Origin: Octopus vulgaris
Lineage: Eukaryota
Length of the DNA stretch: 64,000 bases
Reading direction: 5' to 3'
Assembly: GCA_951406725.2 (NCBI GenBank)
Contig: OX597817.1
Location: 144,708,001-144,772,000, forward strand
The notes below the pieces were generated by a model that saw nothing but the letters and a program-made list of their open reading frames with translations, searched no databases and was not told the DNA's origin. The position numbers and the translations under genes were made by a program. Positions 53,306-64,000 of the stretch are shown here, piece after piece; within the stretch, counting starts at the first letter, position 1, and each line of letters opens with the position of its first letter.

Positions 53306-55496
53306 ATATCTCTCAATTGCAGGACAGAAATACGGTGGAAAGAAGCCTAGTCACTTATATATACTCCAATATTTGACTGGACTCTTTTATTATATTTTAA
53401 AATTTCATTGGTCAAACAATGGAGTTGGTGCCATTTAAAAATTGCTGGTGCCATGTAAAAACTACTGGTACCAGTGCCACATAAAAAGCACCTAGTACAC
53501 TCTGCAAAGTGGTTGGCATTAGAAAAGGCATCCAGTTGTAGAAACCATGCCAAAACAGACAATGGAACCTAGTCTGGCTCCTGGCAAACCGTCTGACCCA
53601 TGCCAGCATGGAGAATGGACATTAAAGGATGATTATGACATATAGATACCTACTGAGCTCTGGCACCCTTGACCCTGTGGAACACTAAGGACACAATAAC
53701 TGGAATGAGAGACAGCTGTACAGGCAGTTGGTCAATATTCATTTTCAACAAAAGGGACCAAAGCAATGTGAAATGATGTACTTTGTTTGGGGACATAATA
53801 TGCTGTCTGCTCTCAAAATGGAACCCATAACTTTATGATTGTTAAGTCAACGTCCTAATATGTAAGGCAGCGAGCTGGCAGTGACATTAGCATGCCGGGT
53901 TAAATGCTTAGCAGTTTTTTGCCTGTGTTTAAATTTCGAGTTCAAATTCCGAGGTCGACTTTGCTTTTAATGGCAGTGCCCCAGCATGGCCACAGCTCAC
54001 GAGCTGAAACTAAATAAAAAAATCCTAATATGTAAGGTATTCTGTCTAATTACGTAATGATTGTACCAATCTGTGATAGTAAAAGTTCAGGCAGTGAGCT
54101 GACAGAATTATTAGCACATTAACCTTCTTTATGATGGGAGTTCAAATTCTACCGAGGTCAACTTTGCCTTTCATCCTTTCAGAGTCGGTAAAATAAGTAC
54201 CAGTTACAACTTACCCACTTCCTCAAACTTACTGGCTTTGTGCCAAAATTTGAAACCATTATGATAGTAAAAGTTTTCTAACTTTTGATTTGTACTGTAA
54301 GTTAAGATCTTTCAAAGAACTTCATCACATTCAGTATAATTTCAATCATCTTCAAATGCTGCAACTGTAATCTCAGTACATTTCATTGTTCTTCAGCCTT
54401 GATTCTAGTATTTTCCAATAATGTCTTTCATACACATTCACTTTCCTTTTAAATAACAAATATATATCTAGCAATCTTTTTATCATATAATATAATTTAA
54501 TGCTAAAGAAATTTGATGACTTGAAACTCAATTATGCCTGATGCTGGAGATTGATTCCTATTACCGTTTTTATTTCATTTTCTGCTCTCAGCTGATCGGT
54601 GCACATACTTTCTAATGGACAATCCATTCTGCATTATCAGACTTTGTCTACCATTTTTTTCTGAGCCATTTTTTACACTTTAAACAGAAAAAATATTTTT
54701 CCTTTTCATGGAGGGAAATATTCCACCTTATTCTTCTGAAACAGTTTTTTTTAAAACAGTTAATGGAAATATTCTGTATCTATTCTATTTCTTCTTTTGT
54801 TTTGCTTCGCTTCAAATAAAAATCAATTTGTTGTTCACAATTTAAGCTTAAGTTCTGGGATGATAGCTAGAAAGCTGAACAAGCGACTTTACTCAAATCT
54901 GTTTTGTTTTTAGCTACTGTTTAGTTTTTGTTCTGAAATCTCTTTTTAATAAGTGAGACATAGTATTCAAAATATATTCAGTCGATGAATGGTTAAGCTC
55001 TGTGCAGTTGTTTGACCTGCTATAAATGATAGCAAAATCTCCCTTAAATTCCTCTCTACTATTTTAGTAAAAAAGATACATTTGACAGTATGATCTTAGA
55101 TGAACTATTCCTAGGAAAAGAATGTGCAAAAAACAATTTGGCTTCATAAATTGTTATATGGATGTGGCCAGCTTCTAGCCTGGTCAGAGTTTAAAATATA
55201 ACATTAAGTGTGTGAGACCAAGAAATAAATTCAAATGTTAAAAGCCATGGAACAGAGAATAATCTCCTGGCCATCTAACAATTTAATTTTTCAAATATAA
55301 TTAGTGGCTCAGACTTAATCCAGAACACTGGACTGGATACAATATTGGCTGCATGCAAAAATGTATTTTTATAGATTTCAGTTTCACTTGTGTTAGCATT
55401 TAGTTAACTTTATTGTTGGTGCTGATGTTGTTACTGTTGTACAAATGCTTCTACATGCTAATTTAGTTGGCATGTAATAGCCTTTGTGTAGAGATG

Positions 55497-56195
55497 TTAT
55501 CCTGAGGTCTGGTGACAACAAGTCTTTTCAAATCTCAAGAATCTTTCTGGGGATTCATACAGAATACAGAATGGTGCTTTTCTGCGGTTTGAACAGTTTG
55601 TGTCTCAATTCCGTTATAATTCAGCATCTTTGGCAATAATTAGGATGTTGTACTGAGTGCGCCAACCAATTTTCACAGAAACTATTTTCATTCTTGTGTT
55701 CTAGTTTCTTTATCTCTTTGTCTGGGTCCTGATATTTTTGGGGGGCTTTCTCAAGTTCAACAACACTATTGTATAGGATTGCAAATCAGTGATCATAAAG
55801 TATGTTTTGTTTTTTTGTGGGGTGGATTTGTTTTCTACAATTGTATCTGGCCTCCTTGCTTCAATAGTCTCTGTAAGGAAATCCCATAAAGTCCTGTAAT
55901 CATTCACCATCACAATCTCTGAATTCTGTGCATACTACTTTTCTCTCACTTCAAAATTCTATCATTTCAATGAACTCTTTTACAAATCATAAATACATCC
56001 ACGTCTGTGTTTATACTCTTTTTCTGATAGTTTACTGTACTTGCTTAGAAGATGAGTAATACTTCCATCTCCTTTTCTACACAATTTGCATTTACTTTAT
56101 GACTGAGGTTTATCAATGATTGTCTTTATTAAATTTGTTCTAATGGCTTGTTCCTGAGCTGCTATAATGCAATTCAGGTTTCCACCTCTCAGCCT
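55497..56195 (-). mobile_element. R4/Dong-like LINE relic (CCHC plus RLE region)
   Basis: IIAAQEQAIRTN..KCKLC..ITHLLS and TLWDF..IEARRPDTIV. Confidence 0.8.
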
Positions 56196-56637
56196 TAACA
56201 ACACATATCACTTGTTGTTTCTGATTTAGGAACAAGGTCAGTAATTTTGGCAAAATAGGTTAGTTGACACCATCGACCCCTGTACTTGACTGGTACTTTA
56301 TTTTATCAAGCTGACCTCAGATAGATTTGTACTCAAAATATTAAAATGTAAAGAGGCAAAATAAATGCTGTAAAATGCTTTGCAGTATTTGTTCTGCTGC
56401 TTTACATTCTGGGTTCACATTCCTCCAAGGTCAACTTCATCTTTCATCTTTTCATGGTTAATAAAATATAATACCATTCAAGTACTGGGGCCAGTTTATG
56501 TGACTACCCTTGATCTACCCAAGTTTGAGGTATTGTACCTTTGGTAGAAATCAATATCTTAGAAGTAGTAGCAATATTTTCTTGAGTGATGGTATGACTC
56601 ATTAGAATCCCAAAGAAATATTGTAGAAACTTTCCAT

Positions 56638-57023
56638 AGGTGCAGGAGTGGCTGTGTGGTAAGTAGCTTGCTTACCAACCACATGGTTACAGGTTCATTC
56701 CCACTGCATGGCACCTTGGGCAAGTGTCTTCTACTATAGCCTCGGTCTGACCAAAGCCTTGTGAGTGGATTTGGTAGACAGAAACTGAAGGAAGCCCGTC
56801 GTATATATGTATACATATATGTATGTGTGTGTCTGTGTTTGTCCCCCAACATCACTTGACAACCGATGGTAGTGTGTTTAAGTCCCCATAACTAAGCGGT
56901 TCGGCAAAAGTCTCCAATAGAATAAGTACTAGGCTTACAAAGAATAAGTCTTGGGGTCGATTTGCTTGACTAAAGGCAGTGCGCCAGCATGGCTGCAGTC
57001 AAATGATTGAAGCAATTAAAAGA
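56638..57023 (+). mobile_element. SINE family A
   Basis: Full-length match. Confidence 0.85.
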
Positions 57024-58557
57024 GTACCTTGTTTTGTACCTCATATTTTAATCTTGGCTGAGTCCCATACCAATATAGATTTCTACCTTTCACTTTGTAA
57101 AAAGCACTGGTCCAGTTGCCACGTGAAAAGTGTCCAGTACACTCAGTAAAGTGGTTACCATTAGGAATGGCATCCAGCCATAGAAACCATGCCAAAACAG
57201 ACAATTGGAGCCTGGTGAATCTCTCCAGCTTGCTAGCTCCTTATCAGACCATCCAACCCATGCCAGCATAAAAAATGGATGTTAAATGATGATGGCTTCA
57301 CTATGAGAGTGAAATTTATTCAACTAGATATGCCCCTTCTTCATAGAAAGCATCTTTGTATGTAAGCCAAATCTAAGGACCCTCTCCAGTTATGATTGAT
57401 GTTTTTGTACTAGGTAAGCCCTTCTCCGTGAAACAAACCTGGATAAATTTCCCCCTACCTTCAGAAGAATAGGAGTTACTGAAGCATCCAAACCTTCTCT
57501 CTTCACTCCACTGATGATGTCCAAGGGGAAGCAAGGCCAATGCTAGCTTGACACCAGTGTCATCACAGACCAAGTAAACCGTGGCTGTTATCATAACATA
57601 TATTGTAAAATAACCATCACTTAAGAAAGGTTTCTAAACATGCACATGTGTGTGTGTGTGTGTGTGTGTGTGTTCTTGCCTTCATAATTAAAATCACTTG
57701 GTTGTGATGATGATGATTGAGAATGTCATATTTGAATTATAAAATTTCTATATTGCTAATGAATGTCGTGTAATTGAATATTTTAGCACTTCATTCCTGA
57801 CTGACAAATGGAGAGAAATTATCTTCACAGGACCATAAACATTACACTAGATTACACAAATGGCTTACAAGATAATCAATCATTGATGATTTACAGAGGT
57901 AATCACTACAGTAAATGACAGAATTCCTGTGAAAATTTATTTCACTGATTTATAACAAAGGCACACACACAGACACCTTCATATACATACACACATACAC
58001 ACACACACACACGTTCACTCGCTCGCATACACATACCCTGTTAGCATAATTTATAGATTGGCAATGACCTGATGTTTATGATATTAGTTCAGTAATCTTG
58101 TAGAGAATGTTTCAACATCTTGACATCTTTATTCTGTTAATCTACAGCCTGAAGGTGAGACATTGGAACTGGAACGATGCCTAATTAGATATCCTTAACC
58201 CTTTTAGCTTCACAATTTCTGCCAGCTCTTAACGACAGCCACAGCATATAGCTAGCTGTATAGCTCTTCACATTGTTGTTGTTCAGATAAATTGAATGCA
58301 TATGATTTATAAAGACACAAAACTACCTTCATTTGATTTAGTTTTAGCGTTGCCAAATGTTCTCTTGAAAGAATTAAAACTGGCTGGAATTTGATAACAA
58401 CTCTTTTAAAATGGGAAACAAAAGCAAAAGCAAACATAGAATATATGCAGAAAGTTTGAATAATATTGGAAGAAAATATCAATTTAGCAGCTTCTCTGTA
58501 ATTCTATGGAGGTGGCCAAGACAATGGAATTGGGTGCCATAATAATCAGTATTAACC

Positions 58558-58975
58558 TATCTTTTACTTGTTTCAGTCATTAGACTGTGGCCATGCTGGG
58601 GCACCCACCACCATGAAGAATTTTTGTTGAAAAGATCAACCCCAGAACTTATTTGCATTTTTTTAAAGACTGATTCTTATTCTGTCAGTCTCTTTTGTTG
58701 AATCACTAATTTACAGGGATGTAAACAAACCAACAATGGTTGTCAGGTGGTGGTGGTGGTGGTGGGGAGGGACAAGTACAGACACAAAGATACACGCACA
58801 TAGATATATATGCATATTTACAATGGGCTTCTTTCAGTTTCCATCTACCAAATCTACTCACAAGGCTTTGGTAAGCCAAGGGTTATAGAAGACACTTGCC
58901 CAAGGTGCCACACAGTGAGACTGAACCTGGAACCATGTGGTTGGGAAACAAACTTCTACCACACAGCCATGCCTA
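58558..58975 (-). mobile_element. SINE family A
   Basis: Reverse-complement match. Confidence 0.8.
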
Positions 58976-59269
58976 TGGTCAAGAGAGCACAAAAAATGAA
59001 ACCCGTAATGGTGTCATCATCTTTGTTGGTGTTTATCTCCAGGTCAGCCCATGTAGAGCTGACCTGTGATTCAAAAGCATTCTTGCTTTATCTTTCACTT
59101 CATCGTTTTTTAAAAGTATGTAGCAATATTTTACTTAATGTACCCTTTTCTGCATTAAGACATTAGAGTGTGATGTGAGGAGGTATGGCTGCTATTTCTG
59201 GCAGGTTGAGCAACCATATAAATCTTCACTTGTTGGCTTGTTTTCACGTGACCAACCAGTCTATCATAT

Positions 59270-59497
59270 GTTGTTACACATTGCTGGTCACAACGAGCAG
59301 GCCAACAGAAGAAAGAGTGAGAGAAAGTAGTGCTGAAAGAGTACAGCAGAGATTGCCACCACCCCATGCTGGAGCCTCGTGGAGCTTTTTAGGTGTTTTG
59401 GCTCAATAAACACTCACAGTGCCCAGTCTGGGAATCGAAACCGCGATCCTACAACCACGAGTCCACTGCCCTAACAACTGGGCCATTGCGCCTCCAC
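59270..59497 (-). mobile_element. tRNA-derived SINE
   Basis: Minus GGAGGCGCAATGGCCCAGTTGTTAGGG..GGTTTCGATTCCC. Confidence 0.75.
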
Positions 59498-59621
59498 TTG
59501 TTGGCTTGTTTTAGTGACTTTTATTTCATGTTGTTGCTGAATTTGTGGACATAGCTGTAATATAATTTTGGACAGGTGGATATATCCATAATATAATTCT
59601 GAATATGTATATATACCTTTA

Positions 59622-60252
59622 TATAAATAAGGATAAGATCATTAATTTAAATATCGATCTTATCAAGTGGCCAGCATGGGAATAAAAACCTTCAAAGATC
59701 ATAATTATTATTAAAATTATAATTTAGGATATCTAAGAGATACCACCACGCTGGAAATAGCAGCCAAAACTTGACTCTAAAACCACATTAAATGTTCAAA
59801 CAGCACCAGGAGAGAAGACAAAAGGACAAAATAAACTGGCAAAAAATTACTGGATAATTCCAGATCCCGGATTTCTGGCTCTGCATAAGAAATGCTTTGC
59901 CTCTCCTGTGGAATATACACAGATAGTAACATAAAAACACATATATATACATATAATATACGAATACTTACATATATGAGCGTATACATACATTTATATT
60001 TCCATGTACAGACACGACCAGTTTGAATTGCCCTCCTATAACTCCTCGTGTGATATGGTCAAAATACCACCACAGTGAATATAATGATGAAATAAATATA
60101 TAAATTTACATAAATAAGGATAAGATCATTAATTTAAATATCGATCTTATCAAGTGGCCTGGTGCTGTATAAACATTTAATGTGGTTTTAAAGTCAAGTT
60201 TTGGCTGCTATTTCCAGCGTGGTGGTATCTCTTTGATACCCTAAATTATAAT
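59622..60252 (-). mobile_element. Penelope-like or retrozyme-like insertion with partial tandem and inverted arm
   Basis: Exact 50-bp direct repeat 59623-59672 / 60110-60159; 95-bp inverted repeat 59716-59810 / 60158-60252; 20-bp TSD with 2 mismatches at 59602-59621 and 60250-60269. Confidence 0.7.
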
Positions 60253-60580
60253 ATGTAGATATACCTGTAATATGATATTGGATAGGTGAATGCCCCTGTT
60301 ATTTGGCACTGAAAAAGTGTACATACCTTGAATATAATGTTGGATTGTTCTATCAGAGCTGACCTTGGCCTGAGCAACCAACCAATGGCAATAACTGTAA
60401 AGGTCACTGAAACAAAAATGACAATACCATTGCAGGGGTTTTATTGATTGCAAATTTATGTTAATGACAAAGACTACTTGTGGTGGTCGAAACTGTAATA
60501 TAGCATTTGACAGGCAGCCATATGTGCAGTACAGCCTTGCACAGGTAGATACACTTGTAATATAGCATTGCATTGTTCAC

Positions 60581-60881
60581 AGTGGGTGTGGAAAAACGGT
60601 TTCTAACGACTTATTTGCATACATTAAGAGACCCACTCATTACTGAAAGCAGAAATCCACTGACATTAAATATATATATAACGTTCAGTGAACTATCAGA
60701 TTCAATTTTTCGTTCTTAACGAGAATGCATTAATTTAGAAATTATTGAGTTTATAAAGAATGGGAAATATTTTCATCCAAATACCAAAGTACAATGAAGT
60801 GCTTGTATTGTATTTGTGAATGGCACATCAGACATAACAAAGTTTCCATTCAATAGATGGAATATTGTTGATTTGAAAAAG
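60581..60881 (+). pseudogene. Degenerate SF3 helicase of a CRESS-DNA virus-like Rep (endogenous viral element)
   Basis: Across frameshifts: SGCGKT / FLTTYL / KSTDIKYIYNVQ*TIRFNF / RS*RECINLEIIEFIKNGKYF / SSKYQSTMK / CIVFVNGTSDITKFPFNRWNIVDL. Confidence 0.7.
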
Positions 60882-62033
60882 GCAGATGTGCTACATCAAT
60901 TAACAGAACACTATCAGAGAAAATTTCAAAAGACATTCTAGGAGCTTGTCGGGAAAGGTCAAAATCAACGCTTTCTGATATCACTGAAATATTTGGTATT
61001 TCACAAAGAGATCAAGAAAACATCGGTAATGATTACGCCAATGGCTTCCTTTAATAAACACTGCGTAAATTACAACCATCGACTCGTTAGATCGTTTTAT
61101 ATTCAGCCCCATTTATACTTCTCCAAATCTGCATGCTACCATTGTCTTGAATCAAACTCCTTTATTAACATTTAAACCAAACACAGTTCTTTTTGTTGAT
61201 TCTGGCCATTTCTTCTCAAAGACAGCACTGGATAATATGTCGTTAGTTTGCCAAATGAGGATCACAGTCTATACTTTCAGGGATAAGGGCTGAGGACATA
61301 GATAAAAATAGCATTTCTTTTGAGGTTGTCTTAATATGTTTCCTTTTATTCATTTTTCCGGAGATCATTTCATGTAAATTCTAAACCTGACCACCTCAAA
61401 GAATCATAGACATAAGTTAATTGATGAACTTCAGAACAAGATTGTTTGCAATCAATCCATTCCAGACAATGGGACCAGCCTTTTTAAATTTAGCATCATG
61501 TCAAGATTTATTCATACCTCTTGTGCTTTTGATGATGTCAATCACTGGCTATGTAAGATTAAAGTATTCTTGTGCTTTCATATGGTGACCTTGCTTTAAG
61601 GCCAAGAATTTCGATATCCTTTTGAAAATTATGTTAATGATAAGTAAATTAGGATTATTCCCTAATTCTGCTGCAAAAATCCTTTCTGCAATATTGTCAT
61701 TGAAAGTAGATTTTGTAGCAATCCTTTCCTTTTTTCAACAATACAGTCTAGTAGGGTGGCTGAATTGTTAGGGCATCAGACTTGTAGTATTTGTTTCAGC
61801 TCTTAACATTCTGAGTTCAATCTGAGAGGACTTGCAAAAGTCATGGGTCATTGACCATAACAAAGATCAAGATCACTGACCCCCTCGTCTTCTGATTATC
61901 TTACATACTTTTTTTTCTTTTCTTTTTTTTCAAAGTACAAATCAAAGATAAACTCCTGTTGAATTGAATTTATTATTCAGTATAACTTCTCTGTTCTAAC
62001 CATTTCCTTTTTCTTAATCACTTATTGTTGTTG

Positions 62034-62075
<42 letters not shown>

Positions 62076-62441
62076 TAAGACACCAAATCCTTGGCTTGGC
62101 TTGTTGCCATATTATTTAACATATACATACTCTCACATGACCCGCATTAGACTCCTCACTCATACTATTATTGAACCAGGAGTCTAGCTACAGTCCTTCC
62201 ATATATATATATATATATAATCATTATCATCATCATTTAATGTCCCTTTTCCGTGTTGGCATGAGTTGGACAGTTTGACCAGAGCTAGCAAGCCAGAGAG
62301 CTGCCTCAGGGTCCAGTTATGGTATGGGTTCTGTGGTTGGATGTCTTTCCTAATGCCAGCCACTTTAGAGTGTACTGGGTGCTTTATACATGGCACCAGC
62401 ACAGGTGCTTTTTATGTAGTACCAGCACTATACATATATAC

Positions 62442-62483
<42 letters not shown>

Positions 62484-62502
62484 GTGTATGTATAGTACTG
62501 GT

Positions 62503-62533
<31 letters not shown>

Positions 62534-62849
62534 GTGCACCATCATTTAATATCCGTGCATGGGCTGATCACATCTTTCAATATATGTAACATGCACACAT
62601 ATTCACATATCATACGACACCTCTCTTATACATCTGAGACCAATATTAACTCCTATCTATGTGTCTGTGCAGGAGATCATTGTCTTCTTAACATTTGTTA
62701 ATTTGTGTTTGATGGCTTTTGTTGCTTTAACCCCAAGTTGGTTTTGATTGAGCAGACCTATGATCAAAGGCATTCCGGCAATGACTGTCCCATCTTTTTC
62801 CTTTTCGTAGGCATGTTTGTATGGTAAAAAGCAAGTGCCTTCTACTGAG

Positions 62850-63170
62850 TGGCACATTGAGCAAGTGTCTTCTACTATAGTCTTGAGTCAACCAAAACCT
62901 TGTGAGTGGGTTTGGTGTATGGAAACTAAAAGAAGCCTGTCGGGTGTGTGTTTGTGTGTCTTTGTGTCTGTGTTTGACCCCCACCACTGCTTGACAGCTG
63001 GTGCTGGTGTGTTTATGTCCCTTTAACTTAGCAGTTTAGCAAAAGAGACTGATAGACTTGAAAGGTAAAAATAAGTACTGGGGTCTATTTATTCATCAAA
63101 AAATTCCTGAAGGCAGTGCCCCAGCTTGGCCACAGTCTAATGACTGAAATGAATAAGCTAAAAAGAAAAA
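62850..63170 (+). mobile_element. SINE family A (5'-truncated)
   Basis: Body and tail motifs. Confidence 0.75.
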
Positions 63171-63744
63171 GATGATTGACTGTAATTTGAGCAACATTTC
63201 CCACATGTCTGCCAACCACATACAGGCAGTTATTGTTGATTTTTCTTTGTTTTGTCCTTATTTTATAGTCTTTAAAAATTTTTTTGTTATTGTTAGCAGA
63301 CATGTAGATGTATTTTTCTATTTGCTCAAACATGTGAAAGTAAGTTGTTTTTTATTTCTCATATTGGAGACTATATTTCACCCTGTAAAGGCCTCATGCT
63401 GGTAAGAAATTTCAAAGGGCGAGACATAGACAACAAACAATTCAACTCTTATAAGAGAATTTCTGTGCATTCTCCCAACCTGTTGATATACTAACCAAAC
63501 GACCCTCAAAAATTTCAAAAATGTGAACCAATGTAGTTTTTCATGTTTTCTGTTGCTTTTAATTTTTCTTCTTTTTTTTTGAACTATTAAAATGTTATGA
63601 CAATATGCCTACAATAAGGACATAGACTTCTTTTATCGAATGATTACTCGAGCGAAGATCGGTGGGAGTCTCAACAACAATTACAAACTCATTTTGTAAG
63701 ACAGCTTTCTGGATGGACCTGTTCTGCAACTAAAAATCTCAAAC

Positions 63745-63752
63745 TCCTCTCA

Positions 63753-63823
<71 letters not shown>

Positions 63824-64000
63824 CTCTCTCTCTTTCTCTCTCCCTCCCTCCCTCCCTCTCTCTGGCTGTTTCTCACACTCACACCCACACAGTCTTTCTC
63901 TCCCGCCACATACTATCATCATTATCATCATCATTATTATTATTATTATTTTTATTTTTATTATTATTATTTTTATTTTTATTATTATTTTTATTATTAT
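63745..64000. repeat. (CT)n, (CCCT)n, (CAT)n and (ATT)n microsatellites
   Basis: Direct inspection. Confidence 0.95.

Noticed and set aside
58148-58154. 7-nt micro-exon CAG|CCTGAAG|GTGAGA
   Set aside because: Not frame-preserving, no support, and expected by chance.
63269-63339. Possible exon ending at AAA|GTAAGT
   Set aside because: Ambiguous acceptor, T-rich low-complexity content, no recognisable peptide.

Overview
AT-rich eukaryotic (metazoan) DNA that is almost entirely repeats. The SINE families and microsatellite load resemble an octopod cephalopod genome (inference, not checked). I cannot confidently identify a host protein-coding gene. Nearly all listed ORFs are microsatellite or SINE read-throughs, and only weak short exon candidates remain. 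The window holds several tRNA-headed and (ATG)n-tailed SINE families and 5'-truncated LINE remnants (R4/Dong-like in (TAA)n, Tx1-like in (TC)n, RTE, CR1/L2-like, CRE-like). It also holds a gypsy integrase relic, mariner/Tc1 and TTAA-flanked MITEs, a Helitron and Helentron-like elements. Three observations stand out. (1) Four insertions share one Penelope-like architecture: TSD, tailed minus-strand copy, inverted untailed copy, TSD. Two of them belong to a tRNA-headed SINE whose tail carries a minimal type I hammerhead ribozyme, and one copy is truncated within 1 nt of the predicted cleavage site. (2) Another of the four captured about 440 bp of downstream genomic DNA in inverted orientation. 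(3) A decayed SF3 helicase resembling a CRESS-DNA virus Rep lies at about 60.6-60.9 kb. All family assignments come from motif recognition by eye and need database confirmation.
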